From a virus (taxonomy: Duplodnaviria; Caudoviricetes): a stretch of 55,128 nucleotides of DNA. The notes below the pieces were generated by a model that was given only the letters and a program-made list of their open reading frames with translations, made no database searches and had not been told where the DNA came from. Location: IMG/VR virus record IMGVR_UViG_3300034126_000032, positions 1 to 55,128 of that record; one strand, 5' to 3'. Shown here one piece after another: positions 44,435-52,718 of the stretch. How positions within the stretch are numbered: position 1 is the stretch's first letter; every line of letters starts with the position of its first letter. A program made the translations under genes and the position numbers.

Positions 44435-46039
44435 ATGGCCTACACAAAACAGACATGGGCAAATGACATCGTCGGTGGGACACCCATATCCGCAGCCAGG
44501 CTCAACCACATCGAAAACGGCATCGAAAACGTCGACGTGGAAGCAGCCGTCAACGTCAAAAGCCCCCGATTCGCCGGCGGGGCAAAAGGCGACGACGCGA
44601 CAGACGACTCAGCGGCGATCCAAGCAGCCATCACCTACGCCGCAACTCTAGGCGACCCCGACACCCCAGGCGCAACCGTGTTCTTCCCCCCAGGAACCTA
44701 CCGGATAGGAACCACCTGCAACGTGCCCTCATCCGTGCGGTTACTCGGCGCCGGACGCGAAGCGACTACAATCCGGCGTACCGCCAACGTGTCCGTATTC
44801 ACCTTCCACGGCACCGACACACCAACCCGAAACTGGTACTGCGCACTAGAACACATGACCTTCGCCGGCGGCGACTTCAGCGCATCATGCCTCGACTTCG
44901 TATACGTGTCACAGTTCCAAATGGACCACGTGTCAGCCTACGCATGTACCGGCTCATTCCTAGACCTGACCGAAGTATGGGACTCATCATTCTCGAACGT
45001 CTTCACCGACTGGGTAGGATCTGGCACCCACCCGGCAATATGGATCCGCAACAGTCGGGCAACATCAGGATTCGGCTACTCATCAGACAACTCGAACCAA
45101 CTGAAATTCCTCAACCTACACTGCGAAACATTCCCCGGCACCGCAATCCGGATCGAATCAGGAACAAACAACACCGCCCCACCAAACGGTATCTACTTCA
45201 ACGTAGTCAAATGCGAATCATCACAAGTAACAACCCCATACCCATTCATTTACATTTCAGCGGAATGTCGAGGAGTGTACTTCGACAAAGTTTACTGCTC
45301 CGTCAACGCATTCGCAGCCGGATCATCAACCGGAATCAACGTAATCGAAAACAACTCCAACGGGCAAGTATCTCTCACCAACATCATGATCGCGTCAGCA
45401 AACGTCACACCCACGCTCGTCGACGCAGGAATCCAAATCAACACAACCGGGGTAGCATCACTCACCACCGTCAACAACGTCATCGGCGACTTCGGCCAAC
45501 CACCCATCTCCGGCCTAATCCGTGTACCCGGGGCAGGCGGACTCCACCTCGATCACCTCAACTGCGACAACGGCACGTTAATATCAGGCTTCGAAATGGA
45601 AGTCCAACAACGGATGCTGACCCTCCCCGCCGACATCACCACCACATCCACAACAATCGTCGACATGGCCGGACTGAAATTCTGGGACGCGCAAGAAGGC
45701 ACCTACACCCTAACATTCGAAGGCATATACCAATCCAGTGTCAACACTGCCTACCCGCGCATAGGATTCGGCGGAACAGCCACCACCACCACCCCAATCA
45801 TCGGCCGGGTCACAAACCACACCTCTACAACCGCAAGCACAACAGGCGTCATCACAGCAGCCAACACCGGGCACACCGGCGCCAACGCATCCGCCGCCAC
45901 AACCAACTACCAGATCTCCGGATGGTTCACATTCACCGTGACCGCCCCAGGCGCCATCGTCCTACGCTGGTACGCGTCAACCGCATCTACCCAGACGATG
46001 CTCGGCGGATCATGGGCACTCCTAGCCCGCAGCAAATAG
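44435..46039 (+). CDS. Beta-helix (pectate lyase 3-like) tailspike/depolymerase
   Basis: MAYTKQTW...PISAARLNHIENGI anchor; GAKGDDATDDSAAIQAAI, VFFPPGTY. Confidence 0.85.
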   Translation: MAYTKQTWANDIVGGTPISAARLNHIENGIENVDVEAAVNVKSPRFAGGAKGDDATDDSAAIQAAITYAATLGDPDTPGATVFFPPGTYRIGTTCNVPSSVRLLGAGREATTIRRTANVSVFTFHGTDTPTRNWYCALEHMTFAGGDFSASCLDFVYVSQFQMDHVSAYACTGSFLDLTEVWDSSFSNVFTDWVGSGTHPAIWIRNSRATSGFGYSSDNSNQLKFLNLHCETFPGTAIRIESGTNNTAPPNGIYFNVVKCESSQVTTPYPFIYISAECRGVYFDKVYCSVNAFAAGSSTGINVIENNSNGQVSLTNIMIASANVTPTLVDAGIQINTTGVASLTTVNNVIGDFGQPPISGLIRVPGAGGLHLDHLNCDNGTLISGFEMEVQQRMLTLPADITTTSTTIVDMAGLKFWDAQEGTYTLTFEGIYQSSVNTAYPRIGFGGTATTTTPIIGRVTNHTSTTASTTGVITAANTGHTGANASAATTNYQISGWFTFTVTAPGAIVLRWYASTASTQTMLGGSWALLARSK

Positions 46040-46094
46040 CCCATCAACCGGCAGATGCGCAAACCCCGGTAACCTAGGCAGAAGGAGGAACACC

Positions 46095-47522
46095 ATGGGC
46101 ACACAATTCCGGACAATGCTCGCACCCATCGGCCCATCCACCGGGGACGGCCGCCGATTCGCCGAAGGCGGCATCCACCTCGCCGACGTCCCATTCCCCC
46201 TCGAATGGGCACGATCCCGCGAAGGCGGCCACGACGGAGCCGTACCCGTAGGAGCAGTCCAACAAGCCGCCATCCTCACCGTCGACGAAGCCCTCACCCA
46301 AGGATACGTATCAGCCGACGCCGCCAAATACCTTGACCCCACCACGACCGCCGTATGGGCAAAAGGCGAAATGTTCGACGACGCTAACCGCGAAGAAATG
46401 CCCCGGATGGCGGAGGATGTTGCGGAGGCAATGCACCTTATGGGTGCCGGAACCCTCGGTCCTTCCGTCGATTTGGACTCGTTTGAGGGTTCTCCGGTAA
46501 TGGCTGGTACCGATGTGCCGGTCACGTGGGAAATGGTTGAGGAATATCAGGTTGAGCATGGTGAGGAACCGAAGCTGGAATTGTTGATCACTGAGGGTCG
46601 GGTTCGTGCGGCGACCCTTGTGTCAATTCCGGCGTTCGCGGAAACGTCCCGTCCGTTGGAGTTGATTGTCCCCGAGCAGGAGCCGATCCCGGCGGATGGT
46701 GGGCAAGGTGGCAGCGTGGCGGCCCTGATCGCCAGCACAGCAACCGCGGCCCGCCCGGATGTGGACGCGTTCACCCTGCCCGCCCTGGACCGGCCGACCC
46801 CGATCACCTGGGACTGGGACACCGGACGGGTGTACGGGCACATCGCGACGTGGCAAACCTGCCACGTCGGCTACGCGGATGTGTGCGTCACCGCACCCCG
46901 CGACGCATCCGGCGGGTATGCGGCGTTCAACCGGTTCCCGGTCGACACCGCTGACGGTGGCACTGTGTGGGCCGGCAGGATCACCGTCGGCGGCCGGCAC
47001 GCCGGACTGGACCTCACCGCATCCTCCGCCATGGCCACCTATGACACGAAAACGGTGGCCGCGCACGTCCGCGCGTACGAGGACGAGTTCGGGATTGTGG
47101 TGGCCGGGGTCATCGAGCTCGCCGAGGATGCCCCGGAGCGGGCTGTGCTGGAGCGGCGGAAGGTGTCGGGTGATTGGCGGGAAACCCCGGACGGGCTCAG
47201 CCTGCTCGAGGTGTTGGCGTTGTCTCCTGGGCCGCGTGCGCACGCGGAGCCGGGGTTCCCGGTCACGTTCAGCCGCCAGGGTCGCCAGGTTGCTTTGACC
47301 GCGGCGTTCGGCCCCGACCCGAACCCGGATGCCGGTGTCACGGTCCGGGCTGCTGTTGACGTGGACGCCCTCGCCGCCGCACTCGAACAGCGGCAAGCTG
47401 AGCGTGCCAAGGCCGCCCAGGCACGCGCCGGCCTCGCCGCCGCCATCAGGGTCACAGCAGACCTGGAACGGGCATCCCTCGCCACCATGGTGGGACGATG
47501 GACTTTGATCTGGGCGACATGA
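46095..47522 (+). CDS. Capsid maturation protease / scaffold-associated protein
   Basis: TGDGRRF, GPSVDLD, ATLVSIPAF, GRVYGHIA..TCH, SGDWR; GAAGGAGG RBS. Confidence 0.75.
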   Translation: MGTQFRTMLAPIGPSTGDGRRFAEGGIHLADVPFPLEWARSREGGHDGAVPVGAVQQAAILTVDEALTQGYVSADAAKYLDPTTTAVWAKGEMFDDANREEMPRMAEDVAEAMHLMGAGTLGPSVDLDSFEGSPVMAGTDVPVTWEMVEEYQVEHGEEPKLELLITEGRVRAATLVSIPAFAETSRPLELIVPEQEPIPADGGQGGSVAALIASTATAARPDVDAFTLPALDRPTPITWDWDTGRVYGHIATWQTCHVGYADVCVTAPRDASGGYAAFNRFPVDTADGGTVWAGRITVGGRHAGLDLTASSAMATYDTKTVAAHVRAYEDEFGIVVAGVIELAEDAPERAVLERRKVSGDWRETPDGLSLLEVLALSPGPRAHAEPGFPVTFSRQGRQVALTAAFGPDPNPDAGVTVRAAVDVDALAAALEQRQAERAKAAQARAGLAAAIRVTADLERASLATMVGRWTLIWAT

Positions 47523-47665
47523 TCGCCTCGTTCAACATTCGGATCAAACAGCACCACCGGCACCAGGCGATCTGGCATGTTGGTGTGGCTGTCGAACACG
47601 GCCTGACCGGCCGGGCCACCAACCCGTCACCGGTCACATTTCACACAGGGAAAGCGAGCATCATC

Positions 47666-47992
47666 GTGGATCTTCAGGCTGACAAGCAGGTACCCCTCAG
47701 TGTCACGTTCACCGATGAGATGGGTAACCCGGTCACAGCGCCGGAGAAGCCCCTCACCGTGTTCACCGTCGACGACCCGGCGATTATCGCTTTGACGGAC
47801 AACCTTGACGGCACTGCTGTCGCTGCGGCGGTTGGTCCGCTCGGCACCGCCAACGTGCATGTCTCTTCCCTGGTCGGCGGCAACGAACTGACCGGTGACC
47901 TTGCCATCGTCGTTGTCGAAGGCCTCGCGGAGCGGATCACCGTGACCGCCGGCGAACCAGTCGAGGTCACCCCCGACACTGTTCCCCTCTGA
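47666..47992 (+). CDS. Small Ig-like (beta-rich) putative virion protein
   Basis: FTDEMGNP, VGPLGTANV; GTG start after GGAAAG. Confidence 0.5.
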   Translation: MDLQADKQVPLSVTFTDEMGNPVTAPEKPLTVFTVDDPAIIALTDNLDGTAVAAAVGPLGTANVHVSSLVGGNELTGDLAIVVVEGLAERITVTAGEPVEVTPDTVPL

Positions 47993-48000
47993 GATCCGCG

Positions 48001-48633
48001 GTGGCTTTCCGTTTCGTGGTCACCGGTGCCGGCCGGTGTGAGACCGCCTGGATGGCTCAGGCGTTTTCCCACGCCGGTGTGCCGTGCGGCACTGGGCAGG
48101 TGTTCAACAGTGAACCTGATCCGGTTTGGCCGGAGGGTTTGCGGGCGGACTCGTCATGGTTGGCCGCCACCCGCACGGACAAGATCGATGTGCCGGTGGT
48201 GTTGTTGGTGCGTCACCCGATGGTCGCGGTCCGGGACCTGTCCGAGTCCGGGTTTTTCGCCGAGCACGGACGCACCAACAACCCCGGTCACACTCGGCTG
48301 GCCGCCGCGTTCCCCGCCGTGTACGAGCATGTGACTGTGCGGGACCAGGCGTTGCAGATGTGGGTGTCCCTGACCAGGGCTGCCCTGGGCCGGGCGGAGC
48401 TGGTCGTGCGGGTGGAACAACTCGACGCCGGCCTGTTCGGTCGTATCCTCGGTTGGGCTGGTGCCGACCCTGGTATGGCGTCACAGGTTTTGGCCAGCAA
48501 CTGGGTGTGTGATCAGCATGAGGCTGTGTTCGAGCCGGACTGGGATTTGCATAGTCTGATTTTGCGGCGTCAGGCTAGGGAGTTGGCTGCCACACTCGGG
48601 TACCCTGAACTGGGAGGGCTGACCTATTTGTAA
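48001..48633 (+). CDS. Sulfotransferase-like protein
   Basis: FVVTGAGRCET (5'-PSB-like), DSSWLA, LLVRHP (3'-PB-like), RVEQL. Confidence 0.6.
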   Translation: MAFRFVVTGAGRCETAWMAQAFSHAGVPCGTGQVFNSEPDPVWPEGLRADSSWLAATRTDKIDVPVVLLVRHPMVAVRDLSESGFFAEHGRTNNPGHTRLAAAFPAVYEHVTVRDQALQMWVSLTRAALGRAELVVRVEQLDAGLFGRILGWAGADPGMASQVLASNWVCDQHEAVFEPDWDLHSLILRRQARELAATLGYPELGGLTYL

Positions 48634-48772
48634 CTGCGGGAAGAATAAGACGCGGGGCGCGTATGTGGTGAAACTGCCCGGCGGCCTGACTGTGCCGAAG
48701 TCCAGCGAGCAAGCTGCTGTGGCGTTCGCGGCGAAGCATCCCGGTGCGACAGTGATCAAACCGGGCACCTGA
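48626..48772 (+). CDS. Small CNCG-motif protein (48 aa) with apparent ATT start
   Basis: GGAGG RBS, ATT TGT AAC TGC GGG...; in-frame TGA two codons upstream. Confidence 0.5.
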   Translation: MCNCGKNKTRGAYVVKLPGGLTVPKSSEQAAVAFAAKHPGATVIKPGT

Positions 48773-48810
48773 TGGTGGTGGTCCCGGGACGGGTGACCCG
48801 GGACGTGATG

Positions 48811-48840
48811 GGGGCCCCGAGCTGTGTGCTCGGGGCCTCC
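48811..48840. terminator. Hairpin GGCCCCGAGC/GCTCGGGGCC, copy 1
   Basis: Perfect 10-bp stem between convergent genes. Confidence 0.7.
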
Positions 48841-48883
48841 TGGTTGCTCTCATGCTGGTAGTCGCGCAGGATATCCATCGGGT

Positions 48884-49570
48884 TCATGACGCTGCCCCAC
48901 TGAGGAATGCTCGTCCGATGTACTCGGCGTACGCCGGCGGGATGGCCTCGGTCAACTCTTCACGCTCCGACGTCCAATCTATCCCCAACGCGTGCTGCAT
49001 CTCCGCAACCGTGGCTTTACCGCCACCAGAACCGTACGCAGCCACGTACGGCCCCTCTCGCAGCACGCCGTGCCGCATCCCACGGACGTAACCACGGTGC
49101 TTGATATGGATGGGCTGTGGCACGGTGAAGCCGTTGATCTCGAAGTCCCTGTGCCGCTGCACCCATGGCGGATCTCCGACCGGGAACATATCCATGCAGA
49201 GCCGCAGATCGGTCCGGATCAGACCGCCGTGACCGCTCGGTTGTTCAATAACGTACGGCCGACCGGTCACGGCGAGCAACTTACGCACGACGGGAACCAA
49301 CTGCTCGTGCTCTCGGCCCCACCCGTTCGCCTGATTCGTGCCGTTGGTCAGAGTGCAACCCGCCTGACACGGCGGGGACGCGTGCGCCACGGCGAACCGC
49401 GACAGGTCTGCGTTGGACAGGAAGCCGATTGCGTCTGCCTGAATGAACTCGTCTCCGCAGTAGTCGGGACGTGGCACGATGTCGACTCCGGTGACGTGGA
49501 AACCTGCCTTTTGGTAGCCGCGCGTGGCACCACCCGAACAGCAGAACAGATCGAGCAGTCGGGGATTCAT
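48884..49570 (-). CDS. DNA cytosine-C5 methyltransferase (short phage type)
   Basis: LLDLFCCSGG, GVDI, HASPPCQ, YVIEQP, RHRDFE, EAIPPAY. Confidence 0.85.
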   Translation of the reverse strand: MNPRLLDLFCCSGGATRGYQKAGFHVTGVDIVPRPDYCGDEFIQADAIGFLSNADLSRFAVAHASPPCQAGCTLTNGTNQANGWGREHEQLVPVVRKLLAVTGRPYVIEQPSGHGGLIRTDLRLCMDMFPVGDPPWVQRHRDFEINGFTVPQPIHIKHRGYVRGMRHGVLREGPYVAAYGSGGGKATVAEMQHALGIDWTSEREELTEAIPPAYAEYIGRAFLSGAAS

Positions 49571-49629
49571 ATCCGAACCTCTCCGGCGGAAACCGCTGGC
49601 CCGCCTGTGAAGTGTCAAGGGTGGGGTAC

Positions 49630-49806
49630 ACGAAAGAGGCCCGAATCCTGGCGGGGATCCGGGCCTCAGTCCCCACCAGGCCTCAACGGATGCGCAGGGC
49701 ACGGCCTGGTCGGGACTTGCTTGCTATACCCGCGGCGCGAGTTATTCGCCGTCTCCGCGGGGAGTCAGGCAAACCCTTCGGATTATTTCTACCTATCTCG
49801 CCTGAC
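49630..49806 (-). ncRNA. Candidate four-hairpin small RNA
   Basis: Consensus promoter upstream, three contiguous stems, then terminator hairpin + UUUC. Confidence 0.6.
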
Positions 49807-49813
49807 AGGACAA

Positions 49814-49842
49814 ACACTACAGGCGTGGCGGGGAAGTGTCAA
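49814..49842 (-). promoter_or_regulatory. Sigma70 promoter of the sRNA candidate
   Basis: TTGACA-CTTCCCCGCCACGCCTG-TAGTGT, near-identical to promoter at 36619. Confidence 0.75.
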
Positions 49843-49864
49843 CGGGAGGTGTCCGTGGGCACGG

Positions 49865-49902
49865 AGAAGGGCCCCGAGCGGGCGTGCTCGGGGCCCTTTT
49901 CT
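49865..49902. terminator. Hairpin GGCCCCGAGC/GCTCGGGGCC, copy 2
   Basis: Same stem as 48813-48837, followed by TTTT. Confidence 0.7.
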
Positions 49903-50059
49903 GCTGCCGCGCTAAATCCCGGTAGCGCGGCGCGCCGGTAGATCAAACCCGGGCCGGGGGTGGCAGGGTGATCGGTTAGAAACTGAGCGGCCGTACGGGT
50001 GCGTCAACACCCTGTCCGGCCTAGCTCCAGTCCGCGACGACGGAAGGAGCCTTACCCCC

Positions 50060-50116
50060 ATGGTCCCAGAAGCAGCCTGCACCGTCACGGCCGACACCCC
50101 GACGGCCAGTGCCTGA
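50060..50116 (+). CDS. Leader peptide (18 aa) coupled to second Rep-like gene
   Basis: GGAAGGAG RBS, ATGGTCCCA start, TGATG overlap. Confidence 0.5.
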   Translation: MVPEAACTVTADTPTASA

Positions 50117-50550
50117 TGACCGGCGAAGAGCCGCGCACCGAAAGCGCCGCCACCCACGGCAACAAAATGCTCAGCCGTTGGAACGGACTCATCCGGCGCG
50201 CCCGCATCGGCCACCAGATCAAAGGGACCGCACTCACCGTCAGCTCGTACGCCGACAACGACGGCACGAGCATCCGGTGCGGGGTCACCCGCCTCGCCGT
50301 CGACTGCGAGATCGGCTACAGCACCGCCCGCCGGCACCTCGCCTGGCTACGCGACGCCGGCCTCCTGGAGCTGGTACGCGCGGGCAACCACAAAGCGGGA
50401 CGCGCCGACGAGTACCGGCTCATCATCGCCCCCGCCGTCTATGAACGTCTCAACATTCCGGACGACGAAACGTACCGAAAGTTGATCGAGGACATGAACC
50501 AGGTGAACCGGTCCGGTCAGAAGATCCGCCGGCTATCAGCGCTCACCTGA
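50116..50550 (+). CDS. Second Rep-like wHTH protein (short)
   Basis: YADNDG, RLAVDCEIGYSTARRHLAWLRDAGLL, ADEYRL. Confidence 0.7.
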   Translation: MTGEEPRTESAATHGNKMLSRWNGLIRRARIGHQIKGTALTVSSYADNDGTSIRCGVTRLAVDCEIGYSTARRHLAWLRDAGLLELVRAGNHKAGRADEYRLIIAPAVYERLNIPDDETYRKLIEDMNQVNRSGQKIRRLSALT

Positions 50551-50640
50551 GCGAGCGCTGATACTACGGATCCAACGAGGGCTATTAGCGCTCACCTGGG
50601 TGAGCGCTAATAGGGGCTATCAGCGCTCACCCAGGTGAGC
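50531..50640. repeat. Three palindromic iteron/operator-like repeats
   Basis: GGCTATYAGCGCTCACC at 50531, 50580, 50615, each followed by an inverted arm. Confidence 0.8.
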
Positions 50641-50943
50641 CCCCACCTCTCAGTAAGAACTACCTCCCACTGGGGGCACGCTGCCCCCAGACCCCCTGCG
50701 ACCCCGACCCCCTCCTACGTCGGGGGTCGGGACCTGCGAGCGAAACTCACCCTCCGAGGCCGCCCACTCAACGCCCTGGGCTTTCAGCGCAACCCACTCC
50801 CGCGCGAGAAGCCGCGCACCGAACAGCCGATGACATTCGACCTGAACAGACCGCACCCGGTGTACGATCATGGCGAAACCCCGGCGTCAGGTCTCGGTCC
50901 GGCTGGAGTCAACCAAAAACAGACTCACAAAAGGACGGACCCC

Positions 50944-52653
50944 ATGTTCCCGTTCGACATCCCCGAAGACCTGACCACGCTCGCCGCGGCCGACTTCGCG
51001 GCGTTCACCGCGCAGGTTCGGGCGTTCGCCCAGACCACCCTCGACACTGACGACGCGACCGCGGAACTGTTGGTCGCGACCCGTGAGCTGTTCGCCACCG
51101 TCGCCACCGAGGAAACCCGGCGTACCGACCTGGCCGCCGCGGGCACGACTGCGCGTACCGAGCTGGCCGCCGGGCTGGCGCCCGCCCTTGAGCCGGAGCC
51201 GGTCGCGGTTGCCCAGCCTGCCCCCGCCGCCGCCCCCGCCGCCCCCGCCCCGGCCGCCGCCCCCGCCCCCGCCCCGGTCACAGCGCTCAGCACCATCGAC
51301 CCCACCCCTGAGGTACCCGCCGAGACGTACGCCGTCATGGTCGCCAGTGCGGATGCACCCGGCGCCGGTGGGGAACTCGCCAGCTTCTCCGACGTCGGTG
51401 CCCTCCTCGAGCGGCGCATGTCCGGATACTCGACCAGCACCCGCCGCAACGGCACCAAAACTGATCTCGGTCGCGGCCGGTTCAAGATCGGCGGGCAGTC
51501 CCTCACCCGCCACGGCGGCGCGCAGATCATCCGCCAGTTCCCCGAAAACCTGCGCATCACCGACGGCAAAGACCCCGGCACGGTCCTCGACTACGCCACG
51601 TCCGAGAAGCGTCTGCCCGGCGGATCGTTGATCAACGCAATGACAGCGTCAGTCACCGCCGGCCGGTCCCTGACCGCCGCCGTCGGCTGGTGCGCCCCGA
51701 GCGAAACCATCTACGACCTGTGCGCCCTGGAAACCATGGATGGCCTCTTGGACATCGCCGAGGTCCAAGCGACCCGCGGCGGGTTCTTCGTCCCCGCGAA
51801 CGGCGGCCCCAACTTCAGTACCATCTACGATTCCATCGGTGATGACGGTGATGTGATCCTCACCGAGTACGCGGTGGAGAACGGCACCGAGAAAGTCTGT
51901 GTGGAGATCCCGTGCCCGGACTTCGAAGAGGTCCGCCTGGATGTGGCGTACGTATGTATCACCGGGTCGCTGTTGCAGCGCCGGGGTTACCCGGAGGCGG
52001 TCACCCGGTTCACGCAGGGTGCCATGGTCGCCCTCGCCCATAAGGTCAACGAATCGGTGATCGCGAGGATTGTTGCCGGGTCTGGTGCCCCGGTCGTGAT
52101 TACCGCGGACCCGTCCGGTGACGACGCCGCCAGCGCCCTCCTCTCCGCTGTCGAGCTCGGGATTGAGGACATGCGGTATCGCAACCGCATGGGCCGCACC
52201 ACCACCGTCGAGGTTGTCCTTCCCGCGTGGGTTGTTGCACCGATCCGCGCCGCCCTCGCCCGCCGTACCGGTGTCGCCGCGATCAACGTGACCAACGCTG
52301 ACATCCTCGCCGCGTTCACCACCCGCGGCGCGGTCCCTCGCTTCGTCTATGACTGGCAAGACGCGTACTCCGGTCTCGCCGGCGGCCCGGGCGCGCAGGC
52401 GGCGATCACCCGTTGGCCGCTCACCGTGAAGTTCCTGGTGTACCCGGCGGGCACCTGGGTCAAGCCGGTCCGCGACGTCGTCAACCTCGACACCGTGTAC
52501 GACAACGCCCTGCTGACCACGAACCAGTACACGGCCCTGTTCTTGGAGGACGGGTTCAACGTGCTGAAGATGTGCGCCGACAGTCGCCTGTACACGGTGC
52601 CGATCGACGTCTCTGGCGTCGTGGCTTGCTGCCCGAGCCAGTACACATCCTGA
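50944..52653 (+). CDS. Major capsid protein with N-terminal scaffold-like region
   Basis: SLTAAVGWCAPSETIYD, KVCVEIPCPDF, LQRRGYPE, YDWQD, YPAGTWV, NQYTALF. Confidence 0.9.
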   Translation: MFPFDIPEDLTTLAAADFAAFTAQVRAFAQTTLDTDDATAELLVATRELFATVATEETRRTDLAAAGTTARTELAAGLAPALEPEPVAVAQPAPAAAPAAPAPAAAPAPAPVTALSTIDPTPEVPAETYAVMVASADAPGAGGELASFSDVGALLERRMSGYSTSTRRNGTKTDLGRGRFKIGGQSLTRHGGAQIIRQFPENLRITDGKDPGTVLDYATSEKRLPGGSLINAMTASVTAGRSLTAAVGWCAPSETIYDLCALETMDGLLDIAEVQATRGGFFVPANGGPNFSTIYDSIGDDGDVILTEYAVENGTEKVCVEIPCPDFEEVRLDVAYVCITGSLLQRRGYPEAVTRFTQGAMVALAHKVNESVIARIVAGSGAPVVITADPSGDDAASALLSAVELGIEDMRYRNRMGRTTTVEVVLPAWVVAPIRAALARRTGVAAINVTNADILAAFTTRGAVPRFVYDWQDAYSGLAGGPGAQAAITRWPLTVKFLVYPAGTWVKPVRDVVNLDTVYDNALLTTNQYTALFLEDGFNVLKMCADSRLYTVPIDVSGVVACCPSQYTS

Positions 52654-52718
52654 TCATCACGGGTGGCCCGGTCACACGGTCCGGGCCACCTGACCTCACC
52701 TGAGGAGGTGGTCAAGAC

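Noticed and set aside
44887-46077. 396-aa Arg/His-rich ORF
   Set aside because: Alternate frame of the spike gene
49720-49765. Resemblance of hairpin 2 (CCCCGCG...CGCGGGTATA) to a type I-E CRISPR repeat (RNA anti-CRISPR)
   Set aside because: Loop far longer than a repeat; similarity limited to GC-rich arms
50531-50640. Possible mini-CRISPR array
   Set aside because: Spacers are too short and irregular, no cas genes; fits iterons/operators
50635-50943. N-terminal extension of the capsid ORF
   Set aside because: RBS supports ATG 50944; the extension may be a remnant of a Rep C-terminus
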